Part shown: piece by piece, positions 1 to 11,033 of the stretch
Layout of the letters: the number at the start of each line of letters is the position of its first letter
Numbering within the stretch: the stretch's first letter is position 1
DNA from: Octopus sinensis
Lineage: Eukaryota
DNA: 64,000 bases
Assembly (NCBI RefSeq): GCF_006345805.1
Contig: NC_043006.1
Location: 31,186,001 to 31,250,000, forward strand
Direction of reading: 5' to 3'
The notes under the pieces: model-generated
Seen by the model: only the letters and a program-made list of their open reading frames with translations
Told to the model about the DNA's origin: nothing
Databases searched by the model: none
Program-made: the position numbers and the translations under genes

Positions 1-759
1 CTCCCCCAGTTAGAATCTCAGCTCCTCCACCCCAGTAAGAGAATTTTGTTCTTTTGATTGTCGCCAGCAATATCTGAAGCAATATCTGAAGTCGCTAAAG
101 ATGCAATAAATTGAATTTCTTTTGATTTAGTAGTTAGTGATGTAAAAATGTGGGTAAATTAGAGCTGGTCAAAGTGTTTGTTGTAACTGTAATTGTTGCC
201 GCAGAATTGGCTGCTGACTCGGTCATCAACTGTGGGTTGAATTTAGGAGTGGGTGATGCTGGGTCAGTTGTTATTGTTGTTGTTGTGGTGCTCGTGGTGG
301 CGACGGCGGTGCTGGTGATTGTCCTTGTTGCTGTTGAAAAGTACGTGAAGAATTGTTGCTGTAGTTAGAGATTTATGTAGTAAACGCATCACTTACACAC
401 GTATATATATGAACAGAGACATTAAAAAGTCAGTTTATTTCTACTAGTCAGAGAGGATTTATTATTCGCGAAAAAGGGAAGAACATTTTTGAAATTTCCC
501 AAAATATACATTCAGAAAGTATTTTTCAGATGAGAACTTTCACTGAATATTTTTTCTTACACTGAACAAAGTTTATGCTGAAATTATTTTGTGTTTAACT
601 AAAAAAGCATAACTTAGAAGAAATTGAAAAAAAAAACGAAATCTCTTTTGAACCGAAATCTCTTTTGAGTTTAATTTAAAAATACATAAATTTTAAGAAA
701 TTGTTACTCTTACTACGATATACTACCTTAGAATTAATTATTGCAAATATCGGTGCCAA

Positions 760-1520
760 AAAATAATGAATCACTACCGAAAAAGAAAACTGAAGCAATC
801 ATTGCTGAATTTCCAATCCGATTCATCTAATGCAGCTCAAGGGAGGTCTTGCAAAGTCTTTGACACCTTCATTGGATGATCTAGGACAGGTCGACTGCTA
901 ACCAGTGCAGCCAGTTCTAGCAAAGTTTGATCCAAAAGTTTATGGAAATCAAAGACATGACTTCTCGTCAAGCTGGTTTACTGGTCATTTATGGTTAGTG
1001 TATTCTCTTTCAAAGAAAGCCTTGTTTCGTTTTGCTTGTTTGCTCAAGCTGATACTTGTTTTATTAAAAATGGATATTCTAATTGGCATCATGCAGAAGA
1101 AAAAAAAAACAAAGGTTTAAATAAGCACGCAAACTCTGCATCCCATATTCAAGCTATGGTAACATGGAAGGAACGCCAACAGCGTTTATCCACAACAATA
1201 TCCGTGTCTTCAATCTTGCAAAATGATCAGTTGAGCAAAAACCGTTAATTATATCAGTTCCATTGTTGATATTGTTCATTTTCCTTGTGCAAACGAATTG
1301 CCTTTTCGAGGAAACGCAAATGAAGCTTTTCAGGATCTTTATTCGGAAGATGATACGTAGCCTTTTGGTCTTTTTATGAAATTATTCCAGTACACATTAG
1401 AGAAAGACTCAAAGCTAATGGAATGTTACAGCACGATTCCAAAAAATGTGACCTACACCTCAGCAGCAATGCAAAACGAAATCATCGAATTGTTGAGAAG
1501 ACACACTGTCAGCCTCGTGG
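760..1520 (+). pseudogene. hAT-superfamily transposase remnant (TTF-type zinc finger / DUF4371, ZMYM1-like N-terminal region), frameshifted
   Basis: Stitched frames read QPVLAKFDPKVYGNQRHDFSSSWFTGHLWL.YSLSKKALF.FAC, GYSNWHHAEE..KGLNKHANSASHIQAM..W, NR..ISSIVDIVHF..ANELPFRG and PKNVTYTSAAMQNEII. These match hAT TTF-zinc-finger/DUF4371 patterns as recalled. Stops and frameshifts are present. Confidence 0.85.
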
Positions 1521-1884
1521 TCAATGTTTATTTGATATAATACAAAAATAATGTTTAAAGATTTGGCTGTTATCTCTAGCATGTAGAAAGACCTTTTAGG
1601 CTTAACTATGTGCTTGTTGAAAATCCTTTTTTTAAAATATTGGAGTCGATACATTTGACTAAAAGTTTTTCGGGGTGATGCCCCAGCATGGCCTCAGTTT
1701 ACTGATTGCAACAAGTAAAATGAAAATAAAAACGAAATATATCGGAAGTTTTGACCAGGTAAGGCGTCAAGAAATGTGAAAAAAAAAAGAAAAAATAACC
1801 GAAAAATATAAGCATTGTCCACTTTCACCCTTTAAGTAGGAGCTTTTGTCCGTACCCCTTTTCAGCACCCCCAGTTGCAATCGG

Positions 1885-2027
1885 CTGGCAACGTGGCTGG
1901 GTATGGACAGGGGAGGCTGGTATGTAAGGCCGACTGCTGGTCTTCCATAAACAACCTTGCTCGGACTTGTGCCCTGGAGTGGAACTCCCTAGGTGCAATC
2001 CCATGGTCATTCATGACCGAAGGGGTT
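1885..2027 (+). mobile_element. 3' half of tRNA-derived SINE family C
   Basis: ggggaggctggtatg...gactgctggtcttccataaacaaccttgc...taggtgcaatcccatggtcattcatgaccgaagggg matches the 3' half of the full copy at 50512-50832. Confidence 0.8.
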
Positions 2028-3106
2028 ATTTACACATATAGTTATGAGATACTAATAGTTTCATACACTGGAGATGTTTTCTTGGCAGGTTCTATTAACA
2101 CGCCAAGTGTCTCCATGCAACCTTCGGGCTATGTGAAGCAGTTTCAGTGCCACACCTTGTATCACTGCCAAGCCGTAATACAAGGTGTAAAAAAAAAATA
2201 ACACAAAATAAAAACAAAATCCCGGCATTTTACTCCTGCTATAACAGAATTTTCTCTCCACGGTAACTGCAATGTATTTGCCTAAGCTCTCTGCCATAAC
2301 TCACTGCCATAACTCTCCATCTTAGCTCATTGCCTTAATAATTGCATAACTAAAGCAGTGTTTAAACGTTTGTATATAAACAAACTTATATTTGCGTTTG
2401 AAAAGCGCTGAATGCGTATCGTACGATAAACAAGAAGGTGATATTTTCGAAAATAATGCATTTTTACCCTTACAAGGCGGACAAAGTTGTCAACAAACAG
2501 CCATGAGAGTGTTTAAAATTGTTTTAAATACATTCTGTGTGAAAAGAAAAGTTGTTCGTTATAAACATAAGCGACCGATATTTTAACAGTGCTTGATGTT
2601 GGTGTTGTTGTGGTGGTAGTTTCAGAGGCAGATCAGTCCTGATCGAGCCGACATATGAGTCAAGGTATTTTTGCCTTCACCAATTTATTAATTCTTAAAT
2701 GATCATCAACCACATCGTGAAATGCGTTCTTATATTTTAAAAACTGTTGGCCGTGATTTGAAAGTGATCAGGTCGCTGGCTTGTAGAACGAACGTTCTCG
2801 CTAAAGGTTCCATCGGAGCCTCTTACAGACTGAACAGTGTATATTTATATTTCTCTTCTAACCAATTAAATTGTATTAAGTTGGTCGAAATAAGCTTGAA
2901 CACTATCGATGATTCATAAATTCAAGAGATAGCGGTCTTTGTTATCACACCATGTAATGGAAATGATAAAAATCCGAGGCTTGTATGGGAGGTAACTACA
3001 CCGTACACAAAAGTTACTTCCCTTGCATAAATAATAATCTTTGGTGTAAAAATTGATTTTTAAAGGTTTACATGCGCTCGTGCTGGCACACATTCGTATC
3101 CATCCA

Positions 3107-3260
3107 CACGCACGCACACACACACACGCACGCACACACACACGCACGCACACACACACACATGCACACACACACACACACACACACGCGCACACACATA
3201 CACACACGCACACACACACACACACATACACGCACACACACACGTGCACACACACATACA
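3107..3260. repeat. (CA)n/(CACG)n microsatellite
   Basis: Direct inspection. Confidence 0.97.
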
Positions 3261-3584
3261 TATAAGTGTACATACATTAACAAACATACGGTATAAAATA
3301 CTGAACACACACACATCTCGGCATTCAGTCTTCTTCCTGTCCCTCTTGTTCGTCGAATATTTTGTAACAAACCATGGCTCGATGCACGCGTGGATACCTT
3401 TCCTTAAGTATGAGGGGATAAGCAAGAGGGTGATGTAGATCTTACACATTCATAAACATACATGCTTATTCACATAATACATGAAATACATACATATATT
3501 ATATGCATACATACACATAGACACACACAGGCACATAAGTATGCGTATATGTTTATGGGTCTATTTCTACATGTACTTATGCGA

Positions 3585-3689
3585 ATACATACATACATAC
3601 ATATATATATACATACATATAAATATACATACATATATATAACATATATATATATATTATATGTATGTATTATATATATAATATATATA

Positions 3690-3735
<46 letters not shown>

Positions 3736-3750
3736 TGTATGTATGATGTA
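3585..3750. repeat. (TACA)n/(TA)n compound microsatellite
   Basis: Direct inspection. Confidence 0.95.
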
Positions 3751-3804
3751 TGTATACTTGGAAATGGATGCGTCGCGTTCAATAAAATAATAAATAATAT
3801 ATAT

Positions 3805-3990
3805 ATATTTAGTTTTTGGATTTGGTTTGCAAGATTCTTTATATGAGTTCGTGTGTTGAAGCATATTCTGTTGTGTCTGGGGAGAGTCATTTTCTTTTTG
3901 TGCCTTATTATTTAACACACTCACCGGTAAAATTTCCACTTATTTCTTATTTTTATTTTCCTAAAATTTTCGTTGCGTCTTGCAACCTTT
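3805..3990. mobile_element. Interspersed repeat, probable Penelope-like terminal-repeat fragment; second copy at 58856-59030
   Basis: ctgttgtgtctggggagagtcattt...tttaacacactcaccggtaaaatt is shared with 58861-58925. The Penelope assignment is inference. Confidence 0.6.
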
Positions 3991-4079
3991 TTCAATAGTC
4001 TTGACTCTGTCCATTATTTACACTGCGTTCCCTTTTGTTTGTTTGTGCGCATGTGTGTGGGTCAGTGGGTCAGTATGTG

Positions 4080-4162
4080 TGTGTGCCTATACATGCATGC
4101 ATGTACGTATGTATGTGTGTGTGTGTTTGCATGTGTATGTATGTATATAGGTGTGTGTATGC

Positions 4163-4193
<31 letters not shown>

Positions 4194-4343
4194 TGTATGT
4201 ATGTATGTATGTATGTATGTATGTATGTATGTATGTATGTGTGTGCATCTGTTTTACGTATCCTGCATATTTATGTGCTTGCCTGTCCGTGTTTGTGTAT
4301 TTCCTATGTATGTGTGTGTGTATATATATATGTATGTCTGTAA

Positions 4344-4384
<41 letters not shown>

Positions 4385-4392
4385 GATATATA

Positions 4393-4426
<34 letters not shown>

Positions 4427-4478
4427 CATACACATATACATGTATGTATGTATGTATTATAATATACATGCATATATA
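4080..4478. repeat. (TATG)n/(TG)n/(TA)n compound microsatellite
   Basis: Direct inspection. Confidence 0.95.
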
Positions 4479-4479
4479 G

Positions 4480-4700
4480 GTACAGGACGTCACCAGCGGT
4501 GCAAATAACATGAAATAGGTGAACAACGAGAGAGAAAAAAGAGAACAGGACAAATAAACACAGAGAAAGGACTCTTCATCAGTTGTCGGCTCTCTATCTA
4601 CCCCTCATTTCGAGCATTCAACGACAATATGAGTCTTCGAAGACAGTTGCTCCCAGAAATTCTAAAATGAAATTTAGAATTTATGGAGGATCAAAGTTGA
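4480..4700 (-). mobile_element. Short interspersed element with CTGATGA/GAAA motifs; relative at 38716-38890 (+)
   Basis: Both copies share the order C-GAAA..GTAGAT..A-CTGA(T/A)GAAGAG..ttgtcctg..gtcctgtac-(AT)n. Confidence 0.55.
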
Positions 4701-5632
4701 GAACAAAAAAATGACAGTGGGGATTTACAGGGAAATCGAACGAAAACAAACATGGAGAGTCATTAGACCAGAACAAGGAGAAAATGGTGAACGCTGGGAG
4801 AAACATTTTTTTGATAAGAGAAAAGATAGAAGAGAGAAAAAAAAACGTCCGTGCATGATCAACTTTCTTTTCATGCACGGACATTTAAACGGGAATAAAT
4901 ATATGCTAATAAATATATTAGCATATATTTATTCCCCTTAATTCTTATTTATTTATGTTAAATATTATATCCCCTTACCTCAGTCTCTTAACATATTTAC
5001 ATCCGGTATCTCACCAAGGGAACGCTGCATATCTGAAATTTTTAAATTTTGTCCAATTGTTCCTTATCTTTATTAGTCTAGCTCAATAAAAATTGTTTAA
5101 GGGGTGAAAGCTTATATTTTCTAAGTCTTTATTCATTTATTTACTTTTAGTCTATTTTTAATTTTTGCTCTATTTTGTTTTATTTACTTTACTTTATTCT
5201 TGTTTTTATTTTATAATCTTCATTAAATTAATATATCTTATTAGTCTTTTAACCCTTTCGATATTTATAATAAGTAATAGATTACCTGAAATGTCCACCA
5301 CCTTAATTAGATATCAATAATAACAATACACATCTGAATTAAACTCTGCATATTACTTTTCTATTGATTTAATATGGATAGACATAATATCACAATATTA
5401 CATTTTTACCAATATATCTACTTGAGCTTTTCTTATACTTAACACCGCAGATGAATATATTGTTATATTCTTACTTTACAACTTCAATATACACAACCTT
5501 CATCCATTTTCTAAGCTCTATACGATGTTTCATACTATATTCTTTATGTATAAATTTTATCAGTTAACGGTTTGCAGTCGTTTACTCAATATGCAGAAAC
5601 TGAACACCTATTTTGTATATCATTAACTACTC

Positions 5633-5709
5633 CTGAAGAGATTCGACTTTCAAATAATTTTTAATTTTAATAATTAACTTTCTGAGGGTCAAGAATCGAA
5701 ACAGCTGTA
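5633..5709 (+). ncRNA. Decayed minimal type I hammerhead ribozyme motif with long AT-rich stem II loop
   Basis: CTGAAGA(5633), GATTC...GAATC stem II, GAAAC, AGCT, GTA (palindromic ACAGCTGT stem III). Stem I pairs poorly. Confidence 0.5.
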
Positions 5710-6008
5710 ATGAATGTCTGTCAATTTTTTTAATTAATAAATAATAATTTATTAATTACCTCTCTATTTTCTTATCTTATTACATACATACATACATACG
5801 TGCGTACATACATACGTACATACATATGTACATACATACGTACATACATACATACATACTACATACAGCAAACATACATACATACATACATACATACATA
5901 CATACATACAGACAGACTATACATAATACATACACATACATATATATGGATGGGTTAGCGATTTTTTTCTTCACTCTTCCTTTTCTTTTGAACTTTTCTC
6001 CGACTCCC

Positions 6009-6043
6009 GTTTCTGAAGAAGAGCTATGCTCGAAACGTAAAGC
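6009..6043 (+). ncRNA. Minimal type I hammerhead ribozyme motif
   Basis: GTTT-CTGAAGA-A-GAGC-TAT-GCTC-GAAAC-GTA-AAGC. Stem I GTTT/AAGC, stem II GAGC/GCTC, loopless palindromic ACGT stem III. Homolog at 38111-38145 (-). Confidence 0.7.
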
Positions 6044-6139
6044 AACTTTTCTATCCTTCCCTGAGCGCCTTATTGATACATCGCATGTACCGCGTGCTCG
6101 CGTTGTTGTTTTTTCTTGTCATTTTCTCTGTTTTTTTTA

Positions 6140-6149
6140 ATAATTATAT

Positions 6150-6205
<56 letters not shown>

Positions 6206-6237
6206 GATATATATGCATGTATCTATATGTATACATA

Positions 6238-6314
<77 letters not shown>

Positions 6315-6321
6315 CTCTCTC

Positions 6322-6375
<54 letters not shown>

Positions 6376-6412
6376 ACAGACAGACAGACAGACAGACAGA
6401 TAGATAGATAGA

Positions 6413-6446
<34 letters not shown>

Positions 6447-6498
6447 CATAAATAGATAGCATATATACGAAGGTTTTTAAAATATTTATAACACTTAA

Positions 6499-6550
<52 letters not shown>

Positions 6551-6596
6551 CACACACACGCACACACACGCACACGCACACACACACACACAAACA

Positions 6597-6641
<45 letters not shown>

Positions 6642-6655
6642 CTACGTGCACACAC
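6140..6655. repeat. Compound microsatellite block (TA)n,(GA)n,(TATC)n,(GACA)n,(TACA)n,(CA)n
   Basis: Direct inspection. Confidence 0.97.
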
Positions 6656-6839
6656 GTATCTTCAAAAATCATCAAATACGTATGCAATTTCTTAGCAATA
6701 TTAAGCGCGGTCTTGTTTTTCATAAAAGAAACTAGTTGAGCAAACACGCAGTCGTCAGTCAGAGGGGGAAAAAAGTCAAACAAAATAAACAAAAAGAATA
6801 CTTACTCTAAGCAAACAACATCGATTTCTAATACTATGT

Positions 6840-7006
6840 ATATGTACGGGGATACACGGCTATATACATGCAAATATACATACATATATTTATATACAAA
6901 CATGCACACACACACACGTGTGTGTGTGTTATATTTATATACTTTTTAAACAGATATATATATAGAGAGAGATATATAAGAATAGATATATGTATACTCG
7001 TATATA

Positions 7007-7062
<56 letters not shown>

Positions 7063-7198
7063 TACATATATCTGTGTGTGTATGCGTGTGTATGTGTGTG
7101 TGCTTATATATATATATATCTATAAATTTATGCCTATATCTGTCTGTCTATGTATGTAAGTATATATGTATGTATGTATGTATACATGTAGCTATCTG

Positions 7199-7275
<77 letters not shown>

Positions 7276-7309
7276 TCTATCTCTCTCATATATATGTATG
7301 TCAGGGTGC

Positions 7310-7388
<79 letters not shown>

Positions 7389-7480
7389 ATACACGCACCC
7401 AGACCCATACATTTACACACACGTACACACACCACACACACGCGCGCACGCACGCATGCACGCACGCACACACACGCATA
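6840..7480. repeat. Compound microsatellite block (TA)n,(TATC)n,(CA)n
   Basis: Direct inspection. Confidence 0.95.
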
Positions 7481-7562
7481 TGAGTATGAATATGCTTCTC
7501 TGATTGTGGTGAGAATGTGTGCCTGCTGTACATCTGTACCGTCCGCAGCCCTTCCTTTGCAG

Positions 7563-7635
7563 CCAATCGAAACTCTAAGTCACTCACTTAACTCCGAATT
7601 ATATAAAGTTTCATGCCACATCAATGCCTCAAACA
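7563..7635 (+). promoter_or_regulatory. Possible CCAAT-TATA-Inr core promoter
   Basis: CCAAT at 7563, TATATAAAG at 7600, TCA with A at 7631 (31 nt after the TATA T), in a unique island between microsatellites. Confidence 0.25.
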
Positions 7636-7829
7636 TTTCTTTTCTATTAATTTCCAGTATCGCCTCCGTCCAGGTGTGCAAAACACCAACAAACCTTGAT
7701 CTCAGATCGATAAAGAGATGTGTTCTCACATAATTACTTCTATATTGACTTTTTCCTCTTTATTTCTTCATTTCCTTTCTTCTGTTGACATTTTTTCTTA
7801 TTTTATTTGCTTTTATTTTCAACTTTGTT

Positions 7830-7831
<2 letters not shown>

Positions 7832-7916
<85 letters not shown>

Positions 7917-8062
7917 TATTTATTCTTTTTTCCCCATAAGAAGTGTATATAGATATCTTTGAGTGGCTTCTGTTGTCGTGGGTGTATGTGTTCAAGTTTT
8001 TCAATATATGCATATACGCACGTGCGTGTATATATGTGTATATATATTAAAATATATATATA

Positions 8063-8132
<70 letters not shown>

Positions 8133-8328
8133 TATTATATATAAATACATATACACATAACCACACACACACATATATATAATATATATATATGTACATA
8201 TATTTATATATAGACATACATATATATAAATAGACACGCATACGTAGATAGGTCTGTGTGTGTATATAATACATACATACATACATACATACATACATAC
8301 ATACATAAACATACATACATACATACAC

Positions 8329-8361
<33 letters not shown>

Positions 8362-8420
8362 ATATATCATATAATATATATCTTATATATATAATATTAT
8401 ATATATATCTATATATATAA
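7832..8420. repeat. Compound microsatellite block (TC)n,(TA)n,(TACA)n with a short unique spacer
   Basis: Direct inspection. Confidence 0.93.
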
Positions 8421-8595
8421 AATAAAATACGTGGGTGACACTGGAACAATGCGAAATTAATCCAAGGTAAATCACGAGAAAATCACAAGAAAACAGGTCA
8501 ATGGTGACTGATTAGATTATTTGCATTATTCCGACCTTATCCACGAATTTTATATAATTTATTCCATAAAATGATTCATACTAACTATTCCATTA

Positions 8596-8630
<35 letters not shown>

Positions 8631-8656
8631 GATATATATATATACAGGATTTTCTT

Positions 8657-8717
8657 GATAACTGACGAGATGCCGGAGCAGTTTTCCGCCCCGACATCCG
8701 AAACTCGGAGTTTTATT
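8657..8717 (+). ncRNA. Type I hammerhead ribozyme motif
   Basis: GATAA-CTGACGA-GATGCCGG...CCGACATCC-GAAAC-TCGGA-GTT-TTATT. Stem I GATAA/TTATT, extended stem II, stem III ACTC-G-GAGT. Confidence 0.7.
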
Positions 8718-8823
8718 ATGGCAACCGAATAATTGTCACATATCATATTACAGATAAATTCCTCTATTTACATAATATCGCGGTCTCATTCATTTTTGTT
8801 GTCATACCATTACTATTAAAATG

Positions 8824-8865
<42 letters not shown>

Positions 8866-8877
8866 TCTATATGTGTG

Positions 8878-8913
8878 TGTCTGATGAACGGCAACGAGAA
8901 ACTCAGAGTAACA
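8878..8913 (+). ncRNA. Minimal type I hammerhead ribozyme motif
   Basis: TGT-CTGATGA-A-CG-GCAA-CG-A-GAAAC-TCAGA-GTA-ACA. GNRA-capped stem II with a mismatched base pair, stem III ACTC-A-GAGT, stem I TGT/ACA. Confidence 0.65.
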
Positions 8914-8948
8914 GATTTTGTTGAATTTTCTGCTGCTTTAAATAAAGT

Positions 8949-8982
<34 letters not shown>

Positions 8983-9049
8983 ATATAAATATATGTGTGT
9001 ATATATATATATATATATTATATATATATATATACTCATTAAACTTTAC

Positions 9050-9156
9050 TCTTTTACTTGTTTCAGTCATTTGACTGCGGCCATGCTGGAGCACCGCCTT
9101 TAATCGAGCAACTCGACCCCGGGACTTATTCTTTGTAAGCCCAGTACTTATTCTAT
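9050..9156 (-). mobile_element. 3' end of SINE family A
   Basis: cttttacttgtttcagtcatttgactgcggccatgctggagcaccgcc...gggacttattctttgtaagc matches the ends of the 14041 and 51114 copies. Confidence 0.85.
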
Positions 9157-9472
9157 ATATATATATAGGAGAGTATTGTATATATCAATTAATTGGAAAT
9201 TGATGCTTCTCATTGTTGCTTCTGCTTTTAGTTTCCCTACAAATCTGATGTGCCTATGTAGAATACAGAAATGATAAATTCAGAATTCAGAGTAGCGACG
9301 ATGAGAAGCTTTATCTTCGAAGAGTAGATGAATAAACCTCATTGTCCTGTGTTAATCGGTGGTGAACCAGTTCTCGCTTGACAATCGCGGTGGCATGAAA
9401 CTCGAATTCGAGAAAGGAATTTACTTAGATACACCATATATTAAAATACACACACGCACGCCGCACGCACGC

Positions 9473-9550
<78 letters not shown>

Positions 9551-10043
9551 ACACACATACACACACACACATGCACACACGCTGTGTGTGATGTTAAAGT
9601 ATAACAATTAAATTTTTTAAAAATTTTAACAGAGGGACCTTTCTCTATAAACTAATCAAGTAACCCAAGTCAATACCAATGCTAGCAGTTAGAAAACACA
9701 TTGGGAGAATGTCTTTTTGCGTAAGAAAAGCTTTGACGGATGAACTTTCTGGTCTTCTACGCTCTGTAAAGACCCATGCCATCCGATTCTCCTGCCCGGC
9801 GCATTGTTTCTCTATTGAGCTTCCTGTTAGTCCTAAGTCCTTTTATTCTAATAACATCTTTCTTCAAATTGCTGCTCTTTGGCTCTCAATACCCCTTGTT
9901 TCTTTCTGGTTTCTGCCCTTTCTTTCTAGTCTTTCTTCTCAATTGCACTACTCTAGCCTCACACCTTATTTGGGACAAAATCGTACATAAACAATTTGTA
10001 CCACTCATTGCGGGTGGGGAGAGGGAAGATAGAAAGATCATTA

Positions 10044-10274
10044 GGCGACGAGCTGGCAGAAACGTTAGCGCGCTGAGAGAAATGCTGAGCGGTATTTCGT
10101 CTGCCGCTACGTTCTGAGTTCAAATTCCGCCTAGGTCGACTTTGCCTTTCATCCTTTCCGGGTCGATAAATTAAGTACCAGTTACGTACTGGGGTCGATA
10201 TAATCGGCTTAATCCGTCTGTCTGTCCTTGTTTGTCCCCTGTATGTTTAGCCCCTTGTGGGCAATAAAGAAATA
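10044..10274 (+). mobile_element. Full-length tRNA-derived SINE family B with 14-bp target-site duplication
   Basis: Head ggcgacgagctggcagaaacgttag, B-box-like gagttcaaattcc. TSD AGAAAGATCATTAG at 10031-10044 and 10275-10288. Confidence 0.93.
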
Positions 10275-10384
10275 AGAAAGATCATTAGTGACCCAGTGAG
10301 GTAGCCTCTATGTGGTTGCCCGATCTACTAGAATCAGCAACTAAAACAGACTTCAAATTACACTTTTTTTGCAAAGAGCAAAAT

Positions 10385-10570
10385 ATTGATTTCAAATTTT
10401 AGCACAGAGCTGACAATTTTAGAGGAGGGGATAAGTCGATTATTTTATCGACCCCCACAAAAAGATGAAAGGCAAAAAGTAGACCCCGGCGGCATTTGAA
10501 GTCAGAATGTAAAGTCGGAAGAGATACTGCCAAGCCTTTTTCTCGGTGCTACCAGTTCGCCCCCTTATCT
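10385..10570 (-). mobile_element. Older SINE B-related copy (B')
   Basis: aagtcgatt..atcgacccc..gatgaaaggcaaa..gaccccggcggcatttgaagtcagaa shared with family B. Confidence 0.75.
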
Positions 10571-11033
10571 GAGAGCAAAAATATTGGAAAATATTGTCCT
10601 ATATATGCAGTTAAAAATAATAGAGATGGTCACAACTAGAAGACCTTTAATCCTAAATTTGTTGGACAAGGGCTGACTTGGGATTCAAGAACATGATGTC
10701 CACCAATATCCAGGCATTTATACTTATTTTTGATATTCTTTTGTATACAAATGGTTAACAAGGAAAAAAAGTTACGCGCTTTATTGATGTGGATAATAGT
10801 TGAGATCTTTTGTGCAAGGTGTTTTAGTTTTCCAGGTTTGAAACCGATGAAGCCATGAGCAGTACCAGAGTCTTGAGGATCGACTAAAACCCTTATTGGT
10901 GGTACCCCAGGATGGCCGCAGTCCAATGAATGGAATAGCATCAATTATAAATACAACAAGTGCTACACTAATTAGAATAGTCACTCAACCACTGGTGGAG
11001 TTAGGCTGGTGATGACGGTGTCTTTATAGAGCC

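Noticed and set aside
9679-10117. 103-aa and 113-aa plus-strand ORFs, and a weak minus-strand KDLGL..NRM.W motif resembling CR1-type RT
   Set aside because: Too degenerate to support either a gene or a LINE call by eye; the second ORF runs into a SINE.
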